Assembly: GCF_000829155.1 (NCBI RefSeq)
Contig: NZ_AP013293.1
Location: 150,001 to 182,000 of the forward strand
Length of the DNA: 32,000 nucleotides
Reading direction: 5' to 3'
From: Candidatus Karelsulcia muelleri PSPU
Lineage (GTDB): Bacteria; Bacteroidota; Bacteroidia; Flavobacteriales; Blattabacteriaceae
Under the pieces are notes generated by a model, which saw only the letters and a list, made by a program, of their open reading frames with translations, was not told the DNA's origin and searched no databases. Below, in pieces: positions 1-10,808 of the stretch (positions are counted from its first letter, which is position 1; every line of letters starts with the position of its first letter). The position numbers and the translations under genes were made by a program.

Positions 1-684
1 TTTAAAAAATCTATAAAATATTTATATGATGAATATGTATGTTCTAAAAAACATATTTCTTATCTTTATAAGATAATAACAATTGAAAAAAAAATATACC
101 CATTTTTAGTTAAAATAGATATAAAAAAATTATTAAAATTATATCCACTTTCGACATATTTATTTAAAATATTTTATAAATATGGATTTAATAATACTAA
201 AAATTTAAAAAAAATTTTAAATTCTAAATCAGGTAAAAAAATATTTTCAAAAAAATATTGTCTTATAAAAGAGAGAACTACTTTATTATTAGTAGAAAAT
301 AATATTAATTTTATAAAAAAAAATTATTATATACATAATATAGATACGATTAAAATTCCTTTTTTTATATATTTTTTTCTTTCTGAAAGAAAAAAAAAAA
401 AATCATATACATCTTTAGATTTTGATAAATTAATTTTTCCATTAAAATTAAGAAATTGTAAAAAAGGTGATAGATTAAATAAAATTGGTATGAAAGGCAA
501 TAAAAAATTAAGTAAATATTTTAAAGAAAAAAAAATTTCTATTGTTGATAAAACAAATATTTGGGTACTTATTAATGGGGATAAAAAAATAATATGTATT
601 ATATATGAACGTTTTGAATGTTTAGATAAAAATTTTAAAATTACAAATTTTACAAAAAAAGTTTTAAATTTAAAAAAGCAATAG
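1..684 (+). CDS. tilS: tRNA(Ile)-lysidine synthase, C-terminal part (5' end outside window)
   Basis: Frame 1 is open from base 1 to the TAG at 682-684. The ORF track lists only the part after an internal ATG. The C-terminus reads SLDFDKLIFPLKLRNCKKGDRLNKIGMKGNKKLSKYFKEKKIS, the TilS C-terminal domain pattern (GDR...G..KKLSKYF.KKIS). Confidence 0.85.
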   Translation, partial: FKKSIKYLYDEYVCSKKHISYLYKIITIEKKIYPFLVKIDIKKLLKLYPLSTYLFKIFYKYGFNNTKNLKKILNSKSGKKIFSKKYCLIKERTTLLLVENNINFIKKNYYIHNIDTIKIPFFIYFFLSERKKKKSYTSLDFDKLIFPLKLRNCKKGDRLNKIGMKGNKKLSKYFKEKKISIVDKTNIWVLINGDKKIICIIYERFECLDKNFKITNFTKKVLNLKKQ

Positions 685-715
685 TTAAAATTTTTTTTTT
701 ATATTATAAAAAAAT

Positions 716-1300
716 ATGTATTATTTTATAAATACAGCTAATTTAGCTAAAATTAAAGAAGCAGAAAATTTAGGTATATTAGATGGAGTTAATACTAATA
801 CTTCTTTAATAGTTAAAGAAGGTATAATAAAAAAAAATGATAGATATAGTCATTATAAAAATATTTGCAATATTATCTCAGGAGATTTAAATGCAGATGT
901 AATATCTACAGATTATAATGATATAATAAAAGAAGGAGAATTTTTATCTAATTTAGATAAAAAAATTATAGTAAAAGTACCTCTGACAAGAGATGGTATT
1001 AAAGCAATAAAATATTTTTCTATTAAAAAAATTAAAACTAATTGTACTTTAGTATTTTCTACAGGTCAAGCATTGTTAGCTGCTAAGGCAGGTGCTAATT
1101 ATATTTCTATTTTTATTGGTCGTTTATATAACACAAATATTATAAAAGAAATAAAACTAATTTATGATAATTATTTTTTTAAAACTAAAATATTAGTTAC
1201 TTCAATTATAAATACTTTCCATATAATATCATGTGCAAAAATAGGTATAGATATAATTACAGCTCCTTTAAATGAAATTAAATTATTATTAAATAATTAA
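716..1300 (+). CDS. tal: Transaldolase, small FSA/TalC-type
   Basis: MYYFINTANLAKIKEAENLGILDGVNTNTSLIVKEG and active-site region KIVVKVPLTRDGIKAIKYF, typical of the short transaldolase family. Confidence 0.9.
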   Translation: MYYFINTANLAKIKEAENLGILDGVNTNTSLIVKEGIIKKNDRYSHYKNICNIISGDLNADVISTDYNDIIKEGEFLSNLDKKIIVKVPLTRDGIKAIKYFSIKKIKTNCTLVFSTGQALLAAKAGANYISIFIGRLYNTNIIKEIKLIYDNYFFKTKILVTSIINTFHIISCAKIGIDIITAPLNEIKLLLNN

Positions 1301-1305
1301 TGGCT

Positions 1306-2775
1306 TTAATAAGATTTAGCAAAAAGAACACGTTGTTTAGATAAATTTTTTGAAAATATACATTTTCCCATATTTTTTTTTAAATTTATTGGTATGCAAC
1401 GTATTGTAGCATTTGTTTCAACTTTTATTTTTGTTTCTGTTTCAGACGAACCATCCCAATGAGCAAATAAAAATCCACTATTTTTTTTTATTTTTTCTAT
1501 AAATTCTTCATAAGAATCTACTTCTATTAAAAAATTATTTTTTCTTTTAAGAGCTACTTTCAAAATGTTATCTTGAATTTTAGATAAAATTTTTGGAATT
1601 AAAAATTTTAATTTATTAATACTAATATATTTTTTTTCAAGTGTATCCCTTCTTACAACTTCTACAGTTCCTCTATCTATATCTTTTTTTCCTATAGTTA
1701 TTCTTATAGGAATGCCTTTTATTTCATATTCATTAAATTTCCATCCTGGAGTATAATAAATTCTTTTATCATATTTTATATTTATACCTATTTTTTCAAG
1801 AAATTTTTTTAATGGAAATACAAGTTTTTCTATTAAATTAAGTTGTTCTTGAGTTTTATAAACTGGAATAATTACTATTTGTATTGGAGCAATTTTAGGT
1901 GGTAATATTAAACCATTATCATCTGAATGTGTCATAATAATAGCGCCAATTAATCTTGTTGAGATTCCCCATGATGTAGCCCACACATACTCTTTATTTC
2001 CTTTTTCGGTAGAATATCTAACATCAAACGCTTTTGAAAAATTTTGACCTAAAAAATGAGATGTAGCTATTTGTAAAGATTTCCCATCTTGCATAATCGA
2101 TTCTATACAATATGTTTTTTCTGCTCCAGCAAATTTTTCACTATCTGTTTTTATTCCCTGTATAACAGGGATAGCCATAAAATTTTCTAAAACATTTGTA
2201 TATATATTTAAAATTTTTTTAGCTTGATTTATAGCTTCTTTTTTTGTAGAATGAGCGGTATGTCCTTCTTGCCATAAAAATTCAGATGTTCTTAAAAACA
2301 ACCTTGTACGCCTTTCCCAACGTATTATATTAGCCCATTGATTAAAAAGTATTGGTAGATCTCTATAAGAGTTAATCCAACGTTTATAAGAATTCCATAT
2401 TATTGTTTCAGATGTAGGTCTAACAATAAGTTCATCTTCAAGTTTAGAAGATTTATCTACTATAATATTTTTATTCTTATAATTTTTTAATCTATAATGA
2501 GATATTATTGCGCATTCTTTTGCAAATCCTTTAATATGATTATATTCTTTTGAGAAATATGATTTTGGAATAAGTAAAGGAAAGTAGACATTTTCATGTC
2601 CTGTATATTTTAAAATATTATCTAATATAGACTTAATTTTTTCCCATATATAAAATCCATATGGTTTTATAATCATACATCCACGTACATCTGATTTTTC
2701 TGCAATATTTGCTCTTAATATAATTTCATTATACCATTTAGAATAATTTTCATTACGTTTAGTTAGTTTTTTCAT
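1306..2775 (-). CDS. proS: Prolyl-tRNA synthetase (about 490 aa archaeal/eukaryote-like type)
   Basis: Class II motifs: ENVYFPLLIPKSYF, ELIVRPTSETIIW, RWERRTRLFLRTSEFLWQEGHTAH, C-terminal FAHWDGSSETETKIK. Confidence 0.95.
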   Translation of the reverse strand: MKKLTKRNENYSKWYNEIILRANIAEKSDVRGCMIIKPYGFYIWEKIKSILDNILKYTGHENVYFPLLIPKSYFSKEYNHIKGFAKECAIISHYRLKNYKNKNIIVDKSSKLEDELIVRPTSETIIWNSYKRWINSYRDLPILFNQWANIIRWERRTRLFLRTSEFLWQEGHTAHSTKKEAINQAKKILNIYTNVLENFMAIPVIQGIKTDSEKFAGAEKTYCIESIMQDGKSLQIATSHFLGQNFSKAFDVRYSTEKGNKEYVWATSWGISTRLIGAIIMTHSDDNGLILPPKIAPIQIVIIPVYKTQEQLNLIEKLVFPLKKFLEKIGINIKYDKRIYYTPGWKFNEYEIKGIPIRITIGKKDIDRGTVEVVRRDTLEKKYISINKLKFLIPKILSKIQDNILKVALKRKNNFLIEVDSYEEFIEKIKKNSGFLFAHWDGSSETETKIKVETNATIRCIPINLKKNMGKCIFSKNLSKQRVLFAKSY

Positions 2776-2824
2776 TTAAAGATTTTTAAAGTTATATATT
2801 TATAAAAAAATTAATATATATAAA

Positions 2825-5176
2825 ATGTTATTACATAATATATTTATTGATTCTGAATCAGTTCATATTCTAATTACAGAATATTTATATATACTTCCAG
2901 TAAGGAATGTTGTGTTATTTCCAGGTGTAGTAATACCTATTACAGCTGGAAGAAAAAAATCAATTAAATTATTAAAAGATGCATATTCTACTGATAAAAT
3001 TATTGGGGTTTTAACTCAAAAATATTTTAATACTGAAAATCCGAAAGAACAAGAACTATATTATATAGGTACAGTAGCTAAAATATTAAAATTATTAAAA
3101 ATGCCTGATGGCAATACTACTGTAATTTTACAAGGTAAAAGTCGATTTAAAGTTATTAAAATGATACAATATTATCCATATTTGACAGCTGAAATAATAT
3201 ATTTAAAAGACAAAAAACCAGGAAAACAAGATAAAGAATATATAGCTTTAATATCTTCTATTAAAGAAATAGCACTAAAAATTATACAAGATAATACTAA
3301 TATTCCTTCAGAATCTAGTTTCGCAATTAGGAATATAGAAAGTAAATCATTTATTATAAATTTTGTTGCATCTAATATTAATTTAAAAATTAAAAAAAAA
3401 CAAATTCTTTTAGAATATGATTTCTTTAAACAAAGAGCAATAGAAACTTTTCGTTTTCTAAATATAGAATATAAACAAATTAAATTAAAAAACGATATTA
3501 AATATCGTGTTAAAACTGAAATGGATCAACAACAAAAAGAATATTTTTTAAATCAACAAATAAAAGCTATTCAAGAAGAATTAGGAGATTTTTCATATGA
3601 AAAAGAAGTCTATGAATTAAGAATTCAATCATATAAAAAAAAATGGTCTAAAAAAGTTCAAAAACAATTTGATAGAGAATTAAATAAATTTCAACGTACT
3701 AATACACAAATGCCAGAATATACAATATTACGTAATTATTTAGATTTCATGTTAGATTTACCTTGGAAAAAATATTCTCAAGATAATTTTGATTTAAACC
3801 GTGCAAAAAAAATTCTTGATAAGGATCATTTTGGAATTGAGAAAGTTAAAGAAAGAATAATAGAATATTTATCTGTTATAAAACTTAAACAAGATCTTAG
3901 GTCACCTATACTATGTTTTTATGGACCTCCAGGTGTAGGTAAGACTTCTTTAGGAAAATCAATTGCTTATGCATTAAATAGAAAGTATATACGTATGTCT
4001 TTAGGTGGATTAAATGATGAAGCTGAAATTAGGGGGCATAGAAAAACATATATAGGTGCTATGCCTGGAAGAATATTACAATCAATAAAAAAAGCAGGAA
4101 CATCTAATCCTGTGTTTGTATTAGATGAAATAGATAAAATGGGAATAGGACATCAAGGAAATCCTTCTTCGGCAATGTTAGAAGTTTTAGATCCAGAGCA
4201 AAATAAAGAATTTTATGATAATTTCCTTGAAATTGGATATGATTTATCTAAGATAATTTTCATTGCTACAGCAAATTCACTTTATCCAATTCATATTGCT
4301 ATATTAGATAGAATGGAAATAATAGATATGAATGGATATACTGTTGAAGAAAAAATAGAAATCTGTAAAAAACATTTAATTCCTAAACAATTAAAAGAAA
4401 ATGGGTTAAAAAATAACGATCTTATTTTAGGTGTAAAACAAATTGAAAAAATTATTGAAAGTTATACTAGAGAATCAGGGGTTAGATCTCTTGAAAAGAG
4501 AATTTCAAAAATTGTAAGAGATGCTGCTAAAAATATTGCTATGAATAAAAAATATTTAAAACGTATAAATTTTTCAAAAATAGAAGAAGTATTAGGACCA
4601 CCTAATGATCCTGAGAAATATGAATTTACTAAAATCCCCGGAGTAGTTACAGGATTAGCTTGGACTCTTGTAGGAGGAGAGATTCTCTATATAGAATCAA
4701 CATTATTTAAAGGAAAAGGTTATTTTAGTATAACAGGAAATGTAGGAGAAGTTATGAAAGAATCTGCTACTATAGCTTTAAAATATATAAAAGCTCATAA
4801 TTATGAATTTGGAATAGATGACAAAATGTTTGAATTGTATAACATACATATTAATGTTCCAGAAGGGGGGATACCTAAAGATGGACCTTCTGCAGGAATT
4901 ACTATGTTAACTTCTATGATATCTAGTTTTTGGAAAACATCAATACGTCCGTATTTAGCGATGACTGGTGAAATTACCCTTAGAGGAAAGGTTCTTCCTG
5001 TAGGAGGAATTAAAGAAAAAATATTAGCAGCAAAAAGAGCTAATATAAAAGAAATTATTCTATCAAAAGATAATAAAAAAGATGTATATGATATAAAAAA
5101 AGTTTATTTAAAAGGCCTAAAATTTCATTTTGTTAGTAAAATTAATGAAGTTATAAATTTATCATTTTATGAATAA
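2825..5176 (+). CDS. lon: ATP-dependent protease Lon
   Basis: N-terminal LPVRNVVLFPGVVIP, Walker A GPPGVGKTS, proteolytic domain with PKDGPSAGITM and catalytic-lysine region GKVLPVGGIKEK. Confidence 0.97.
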   Translation: MLLHNIFIDSESVHILITEYLYILPVRNVVLFPGVVIPITAGRKKSIKLLKDAYSTDKIIGVLTQKYFNTENPKEQELYYIGTVAKILKLLKMPDGNTTVILQGKSRFKVIKMIQYYPYLTAEIIYLKDKKPGKQDKEYIALISSIKEIALKIIQDNTNIPSESSFAIRNIESKSFIINFVASNINLKIKKKQILLEYDFFKQRAIETFRFLNIEYKQIKLKNDIKYRVKTEMDQQQKEYFLNQQIKAIQEELGDFSYEKEVYELRIQSYKKKWSKKVQKQFDRELNKFQRTNTQMPEYTILRNYLDFMLDLPWKKYSQDNFDLNRAKKILDKDHFGIEKVKERIIEYLSVIKLKQDLRSPILCFYGPPGVGKTSLGKSIAYALNRKYIRMSLGGLNDEAEIRGHRKTYIGAMPGRILQSIKKAGTSNPVFVLDEIDKMGIGHQGNPSSAMLEVLDPEQNKEFYDNFLEIGYDLSKIIFIATANSLYPIHIAILDRMEIIDMNGYTVEEKIEICKKHLIPKQLKENGLKNNDLILGVKQIEKIIESYTRESGVRSLEKRISKIVRDAAKNIAMNKKYLKRINFSKIEEVLGPPNDPEKYEFTKIPGVVTGLAWTLVGGEILYIESTLFKGKGYFSITGNVGEVMKESATIALKYIKAHNYEFGIDDKMFELYNIHINVPEGGIPKDGPSAGITMLTSMISSFWKTSIRPYLAMTGEITLRGKVLPVGGIKEKILAAKRANIKEIILSKDNKKDVYDIKKVYLKGLKFHFVSKINEVINLSFYE

Positions 5177-6380
5177 GAATATATATTTACATAATATTAC
5201 AAAAAAATATGGAACTCCACTTTATGTATATGATGCCAATAAAATAGAATATCAATATAAATTAATTAAAAAATCTTTTTCTTATATAGAAAATTTAAAA
5301 ATAAATTATGCTTGTAAAGCAAATACAAATATAAGTATATTAAAATTTTTAAAAAAATTAGGTAGTGGATTAGATACTGTATCTATACAAGAAATAGAAA
5401 TAGGATTAAAAGCTGGATTTAAACCAAAAGAAATTATATATACTCCTAATAGTGTTTCTTTATCAGAAATAAAAAAAGCAATAAAAGCTGGAGTTATAAT
5501 TAACATAGATAATTTATCACTTTTAGAACAAATAGGTAATGATAATACTAATTATCCTATAGGAATTAGAATAAACCCCCATATTTTGGGGGGAGGAAAT
5601 AAAAAAATTTCTGTAGGTCATATAGATTCAAAATTTGGAATATCATATTATCAATTACCTCATATTAAAAAAATTGTAGAAAATACTGGAATTAAAGTTG
5701 AAGGAATACATATGCATACAGGTTCTGATATCCTAGATATTGGAGTTTTTTTACAAGGAGCTGATATTTTATTAAACGTAGCTAGTTTTTTCAATGAACT
5801 TAAATATATAGATTTTGGTAGTGGATTTAAAGTACCATATAAAAAAAATGATACAAAAACAGATATAGATATGTTAGGTGTTTCTTTAAAAAGAAAATTT
5901 TTATTTTTTTGTGAAAAATATTGTAAAAAATTAAAATTATTTTTTGAACCTGGAAAATTTTTAGTTAGTGAATCAGGTAGTTTTATAGTAAAGGTTAATG
6001 TTATTAAACATACAACTTCTACTGTATTTGCTGGTGTTGATTCTGGATTTAATCATTTTATACGTCCAATGTTTTATGATTCCTATCATCATATAGATAA
6101 TATTTCAAATCCATCAGGAATATTCCGTTTTTATACTGTAGTAGGATATATATGTGAATCTGATACATTTTGTGTTAATAGAAAAATTAATGAAATAAGA
6201 GAAGGAGATCTCTTATGTTTTAGAAATGCAGGAGCTTATTGTTTTTCTATGTCATCTAACTATAATTCTCGTTATAGGCCTTCTGAAGTTATTATTTATC
6301 ATAAAAAATATTTTCTTATTAGAAAAAGAGAAAATATGCAAGATTTACTTAACAATATGATTGATATAGAATTATCATAA
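5169..6380 (+). CDS. lysA: Diaminopimelate decarboxylase
   Basis: PLP-binding NYACKANTN, HMHTGSDI, EPGKFLVSESG, CESDTF. Overlaps the 3' end of lon by 8 bp. Confidence 0.93.
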   Translation: MNKNIYLHNITKKYGTPLYVYDANKIEYQYKLIKKSFSYIENLKINYACKANTNISILKFLKKLGSGLDTVSIQEIEIGLKAGFKPKEIIYTPNSVSLSEIKKAIKAGVIINIDNLSLLEQIGNDNTNYPIGIRINPHILGGGNKKISVGHIDSKFGISYYQLPHIKKIVENTGIKVEGIHMHTGSDILDIGVFLQGADILLNVASFFNELKYIDFGSGFKVPYKKNDTKTDIDMLGVSLKRKFLFFCEKYCKKLKLFFEPGKFLVSESGSFIVKVNVIKHTTSTVFAGVDSGFNHFIRPMFYDSYHHIDNISNPSGIFRFYTVVGYICESDTFCVNRKINEIREGDLLCFRNAGAYCFSMSSNYNSRYRPSEVIIYHKKYFLIRKRENMQDLLNNMIDIELS

Positions 6381-6387
6381 TTTTATT

Positions 6388-6473
6388 GGATAGATGGCAG
6401 AGTGGTCTATTGCGGCGGTCTTGAAAACCGTTGAGTGTAAAAAACTCCGGGGGTTCGAATCCCTCTCTATCCG
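6388..6473 (+). tRNA. tRNA-Ser (anticodon TGA)
   Basis: GGATAGA...TCTATCC acceptor stem, anticodon stem GCGGT/ACCGT with loop CTTGAAA, long variable arm, GGTTCGAATCC T-arm. Confidence 0.95.
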
Positions 6474-6517
6474 CTAAGCACTCACTTTACTTTAAAAATT
6501 AAAAAGACCATTAATTA

Positions 6518-7576
6518 ATGGCAGGTAATATTTTTGGAAAATTATTTAGAGTAACTACTTTTGGTGAAAGTCATGGACATGCATTAGGAGGTATAATAGA
6601 TGGATGTCCCTCAGGATTAAAATTAAATTTTGAAGAAATAAATAATGAATTAAATCGTAGAAAACCTGGGCAATCTTCAATTGTGACTCAAAGAAAAGAA
6701 TCAGATGAAGTAATATTTTTATCAGGTATATTTGATGGTTTTACTACAGGTACTCCTATTGGATTCATAATAAAAAATAAAGATCATAATTCAAAAGATT
6801 ATTTTAATATAAAAAATATATATCGCCCATCTCATTCTGATTTTACATATTATAAAAAATATGTAATAAGAGATTATAGGGGAGGGGGGAGATCTTCTGC
6901 ACGAGAAACAGTATCTCGTGTAGTTGCTGGTGCAATAGCTAAACAATTATTAAAAATTAATAATATTTTAATAAAAGCCTATGTTTCCTCTATAGGAGGA
7001 TTAAATTTAAGTGAAAATTATAATAAACTTGATTTTTCTAAAATAGAAAATACACCTGTACGTTGTCCTGATCTACAATTAGCAGAAAAAATGATAAAAT
7101 ATATTAATAAATTACGTAAAAAAGGAGATACTATAGGTGGAATAATAACTTGTATTATACAAAATGTTCCTATTGGAATAGGTGAACCAGTTTTTGATAA
7201 ACTTCATGCTGAATTAGGTAAAGCGATGCTGTCTATAAATGCTGTAAAAGGATTCGAATATGGTAGCGGATTTTATGGAACAAAAATTAAAGGATCTAAT
7301 CATATTGATAAATATCAAAATAATGGAAGTACTAAAACAAATTTTTCTGGAGGAATTCAAGGTGGAATATCTAATGGGATGGATATTTATTTAAAGGTAG
7401 CTTTTAAAGCAGTAGCTACTATTAAAAAAAAAAGTATTAATTTTAATAAAAAAAAAATTTTTGTAAAAGGCCGTCATGATCCTTGTGTTTTACCTAGAGC
7501 CGTTCCTATTATAGAGGCTATGTCTGCATTAGTTTTATATGATTATATACATATGTATAAAATATTATTATTTTAA
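6518..7576 (+). CDS. aroC: Chorismate synthase
   Basis: [74 protein letters not shown]. Confidence 0.98.
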   Translation: MAGNIFGKLFRVTTFGESHGHALGGIIDGCPSGLKLNFEEINNELNRRKPGQSSIVTQRKESDEVIFLSGIFDGFTTGTPIGFIIKNKDHNSKDYFNIKNIYRPSHSDFTYYKKYVIRDYRGGGRSSARETVSRVVAGAIAKQLLKINNILIKAYVSSIGGLNLSENYNKLDFSKIENTPVRCPDLQLAEKMIKYINKLRKKGDTIGGIITCIIQNVPIGIGEPVFDKLHAELGKAMLSINAVKGFEYGSGFYGTKIKGSNHIDKYQNNGSTKTNFSGGIQGGISNGMDIYLKVAFKAVATIKKKSINFNKKKIFVKGRHDPCVLPRAVPIIEAMSALVLYDYIHMYKILLF

Positions 7577-7636
7577 AAAAAAAAATTTATTATTATTGTA
7601 TTGTAATAATAATATTTTTATTTTAAAAAAAAATTT

Positions 7637-9499
7637 ATGGAAAAAGGCAAAATTAAAGTAACAGCAGAAGATATTTTTCCTGTTATTAAAAAATTTTTAT
7701 ATTCAGATCATGAAATCTTTATAAGGGAACTTGTTTCTAATGCAACTGACGCTATTTTAAAATTAAAAACTTTGATAAGTTTAGGAAAAGTTAATAAAAA
7801 AATTAATAATTTAATCATAGAAATTATCCTAAACAAGGAAAATAAAATTTTAAAAATTATAGATAATGGTATTGGAATGACTAAAAAAGAAGTATATAAA
7901 TATATTAATAAAATTGCTTTTTCAGGTGCAGAAGCATTTTTAAAAAAATATAAAAATAAAAAATCTCTAATTGGTAATTTTGGATTAGGATTTTATTCAT
8001 CTTTTATGGTTTCTGATAAAGTTGAAATAATATCTAAATCTTATAAAGATTCTGAATCTGCTATACATTGGATATGTGATGGATCTACTAATTTTTCTAT
8101 TAAAAATATAGATACACCCACTAAATCAGGGACTGAAATTATACTTCATATTAATGATAGTTCTAAAGAATTCTTAGAAGAAAATAGAATAAAAGAATTA
8201 TTAATTAAATATTGTAAATTTATGCCTATTCCTATAAAAATAGGAGAACGAGAAGAAATTAAAAAAAATAAAAATGGCCTTGAAAAAAAAATCAAAGTAA
8301 ATAATATAATAAATAATACATCCCCTATATGGATAAAAAATCCAATAAATGGAAAAGATGAAGAATATATAAATTTTTATAAAGAACTTTATCCAATGCA
8401 AATTGAAAATCCTTTATTTTGGATCCATCTAAATATAGATCATCCTTTTAAACTTACTGGAGTACTTTTTTTTCCAAAAATAAGAAATCAAATAGAAATA
8501 CAAAGAGATAAAATACAATTATATCAAAATCAAGTATATGTTACAGATAATTTAGAAGGGATAGTACCAGATTTTCTTAATTTTTTAAAAGGTGTAATTG
8601 ATTCTCCAGATATTCCACTTAATGTATCTAGATCTTATCTTCAATCAGATTCATCTGTAAAAAAAATTTCAGGTTATATTACAAGAAAAGTAGCTGATAA
8701 GCTTGAAAATATGTGTAAAAATAATCGTGAAGATTTTGAAAAAAAATGGGAAGATATAAAAATAATTATAGAATATGGAATGATTAGCGACCCTAATTTT
8801 TATTCAAAAGCAAAAAAATTTGCTTTATATCCTGATATAAATAAAAAATATTTTATATTAGAAGAATATATAGAACATATTAAAAATACAAATAAATTAA
8901 AAAATAATAAAATTATTTGTTTTTATACTTCTAACCTAGAAAATCAAAATTATTATATACAAACAATTAAAAATAAAGGATATAAAATTTTATTATTAGA
9001 TAGTCCTCTTGTTGGACATCTACTACAAAAAATAGAAATGGATTATAAAAATTTAAATTTTTATAGAGTAGATTCAGATAAGATAAATAAAATTTTAAAA
9101 AATGAAAAAAAAAATATTTCTAATCTTTCAGAAAATGAAATAATTTTTTTAAAAAAAATTTTAAATCAAAATATTGACAAAGAAAAATTTTTAATAAAAA
9201 TAGAAGATTTAGATGATTCTTCATTACCATTTATTATAACTATTCCCGAATTTATTAGACGTATGAAAGAAATAAGTATGACTGGGAATAATATGTTTAA
9301 TATTCAAAATTTTAATTCAAAATATAATATTATTGTTAATAAAAATCATAAATTTATAAAAAAAATAATAAATGAAAAAGATTTAAATATTCAAAAAAAG
9401 ATTATTAAAAATTCATTAAATTTGATAATGTTATCACAAAATCTTTTAAAAGGTAAAGAATTAACAGATTTTATGTATCAAAGTTTTGAAAATTTTTAA
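7637..9499 (+). CDS. htpG: Molecular chaperone HtpG (Hsp90 family)
   Basis: IFIRELVSNATDAILKLK, LKIIDNGIGMTKKEV, GNFGLGFYSSFMVSDKV, GVIDSPDIPLNVSRSYLQ. Confidence 0.97.
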   Translation: MEKGKIKVTAEDIFPVIKKFLYSDHEIFIRELVSNATDAILKLKTLISLGKVNKKINNLIIEIILNKENKILKIIDNGIGMTKKEVYKYINKIAFSGAEAFLKKYKNKKSLIGNFGLGFYSSFMVSDKVEIISKSYKDSESAIHWICDGSTNFSIKNIDTPTKSGTEIILHINDSSKEFLEENRIKELLIKYCKFMPIPIKIGEREEIKKNKNGLEKKIKVNNIINNTSPIWIKNPINGKDEEYINFYKELYPMQIENPLFWIHLNIDHPFKLTGVLFFPKIRNQIEIQRDKIQLYQNQVYVTDNLEGIVPDFLNFLKGVIDSPDIPLNVSRSYLQSDSSVKKISGYITRKVADKLENMCKNNREDFEKKWEDIKIIIEYGMISDPNFYSKAKKFALYPDINKKYFILEEYIEHIKNTNKLKNNKIICFYTSNLENQNYYIQTIKNKGYKILLLDSPLVGHLLQKIEMDYKNLNFYRVDSDKINKILKNEKKNISNLSENEIIFLKKILNQNIDKEKFLIKIEDLDDSSLPFIITIPEFIRRMKEISMTGNNMFNIQNFNSKYNIIVNKNHKFIKKIINEKDLNIQKKIIKNSLNLIMLSQNLLKGKELTDFMYQSFENF

Positions 9500-9503
9500 A
9501 AAA

Positions 9504-10808
9504 TTATTTACAAATCATAATTCCACAATTATCTACATTTAGCAATGTAACATTTTTAATTTTATTTACTAATTCTGATTTCCAATTAGTTTTAGTTCTA
9601 ATATAATTATCTGTATATCCATATATAAATCCTGATTTTTTTTTATTTTCAAATAAAACATTTTTTTTTTTATTTATATGTTTTATATAAAAATTATATT
9701 TTTTTTTTTTTGAAAGTTTTCTAAGAATTTTACTACGTTTATACCTGATTTCTTGGGGAATTGAATCTTTCATAAAAAAAGCTTCTGTATTTTTTCTTTC
9801 AGAAAAAGGAAATACATGTAGATAAGAAATATCTAATTCAGACAATAATGAATAAGTTTCTAAAAAATTTTCTTCTTTTTCTCCTGGAAATCCTACTATG
9901 ACATCTGTACCTATACAAGCAGAGGGCATAATATTAAATATTTTTTTTATTCTTTCTAAATAAATTTTTTTAGAATACCTTCTTTTCATTTTATTTAAAA
10001 TTTCATCACTACCAGATTGTAACGGAATATGAAAATGATTAACAAAAATTTTACTTTTAGATATAAAATTAATTATATCATCACTTAATAAATTAGGTTC
10101 AATTGAGGAAATTCTAATCCTTTTTATATCATTAAGATAATACTCCATAGCTTGAATTAATTCTAAAAAATTAGATTTATTTTTTTTATTATATATTTTT
10201 CCAAAATCTCCTATATTAACTCCAGTTAATACTATTTCTTTTATACCTTGTTTAATAATATTTTTAGCATATTTAATAATATTTTTTATATTATCAGATC
10301 TTGATAAACCTCTAGCTTTTGGAATAGTACAGTAACTACATTTATAATCACAACCATCTTGAATTTTTAAAAAAGAACGTGTACGATTTAATTTTGAATA
10401 TGATGGAATAAACATATTATATTCTTTTAAAGAACAAGAATATATATTTGCATTCTTTTTTTTAGAAAAATTCTTTAAATAATTAATTATATTAAATTTT
10501 TCTTTTGATCCAATTATTAAATCTATTCCATTTATTAAGGAAATTTCTTTTGGATTTACTTGTGAATAACAACCTATAGCTACTATAAATCCATTTACAT
10601 TATTTTTTATAGCAATACGTACAAGTTTTTTTAGTTCTTTATCTGCATTTTTTGTTACTGAACATGTATTAATTATGTAAATATCAGCAAAAGACCTAAA
10701 TTTTACATATTCATATCCTTTTTTTAAAAATTTATTTATTATCGTATCTGTTTCGGCAAAATTAAGTTTACATCCTAATGTATAAAAAGCAACTTTATTT
10801 TTTTTCAT
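9504..10808 (-). CDS. mtaB: Threonylcarbamoyladenosine tRNA methylthiotransferase (MtaB-type)
   Basis: [15 protein letters not shown]-terminal cluster domain, radical SAM motif [29 protein letters not shown]. Confidence 0.9.
   Translation of the reverse strand: MKKNKVAFYTLGCKLNFAETDTIINKFLKKGYEYVKFRSFADIYIINTCSVTKNADKELKKLVRIAIKNNVNGFIVAIGCYSQVNPKEISLINGIDLIIGSKEKFNIINYLKNFSKKKNANIYSCSLKEYNMFIPSYSKLNRTRSFLKIQDGCDYKCSYCTIPKARGLSRSDNIKNIIKYAKNIIKQGIKEIVLTGVNIGDFGKIYNKKNKSNFLELIQAMEYYLNDIKRIRISSIEPNLLSDDIINFISKSKIFVNHFHIPLQSGSDEILNKMKRRYSKKIYLERIKKIFNIMPSACIGTDVIVGFPGEKEENFLETYSLLSELDISYLHVFPFSERKNTEAFFMKDSIPQEIRYKRSKILRKLSKKKKYNFYIKHINKKKNVLFENKKKSGFIYGYTDNYIRTKTNWKSELVNKIKNVTLLNVDNCGIMICK

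Noticed and set aside
5306-5506. 66-aa minus-strand ORF
   Set aside because: Fully antisense to lysA.
7577-7636. TTATTATT...AATAATAA inverted repeat between aroC and htpG
   Set aside because: Pure A/T stem with low stability, likely by chance at this composition; not supportable as a terminator.
8201-8401. 66-aa minus-strand ORF, I/F/Y rich
   Set aside because: Fully antisense to htpG; composition artefact of an A-rich coding strand.
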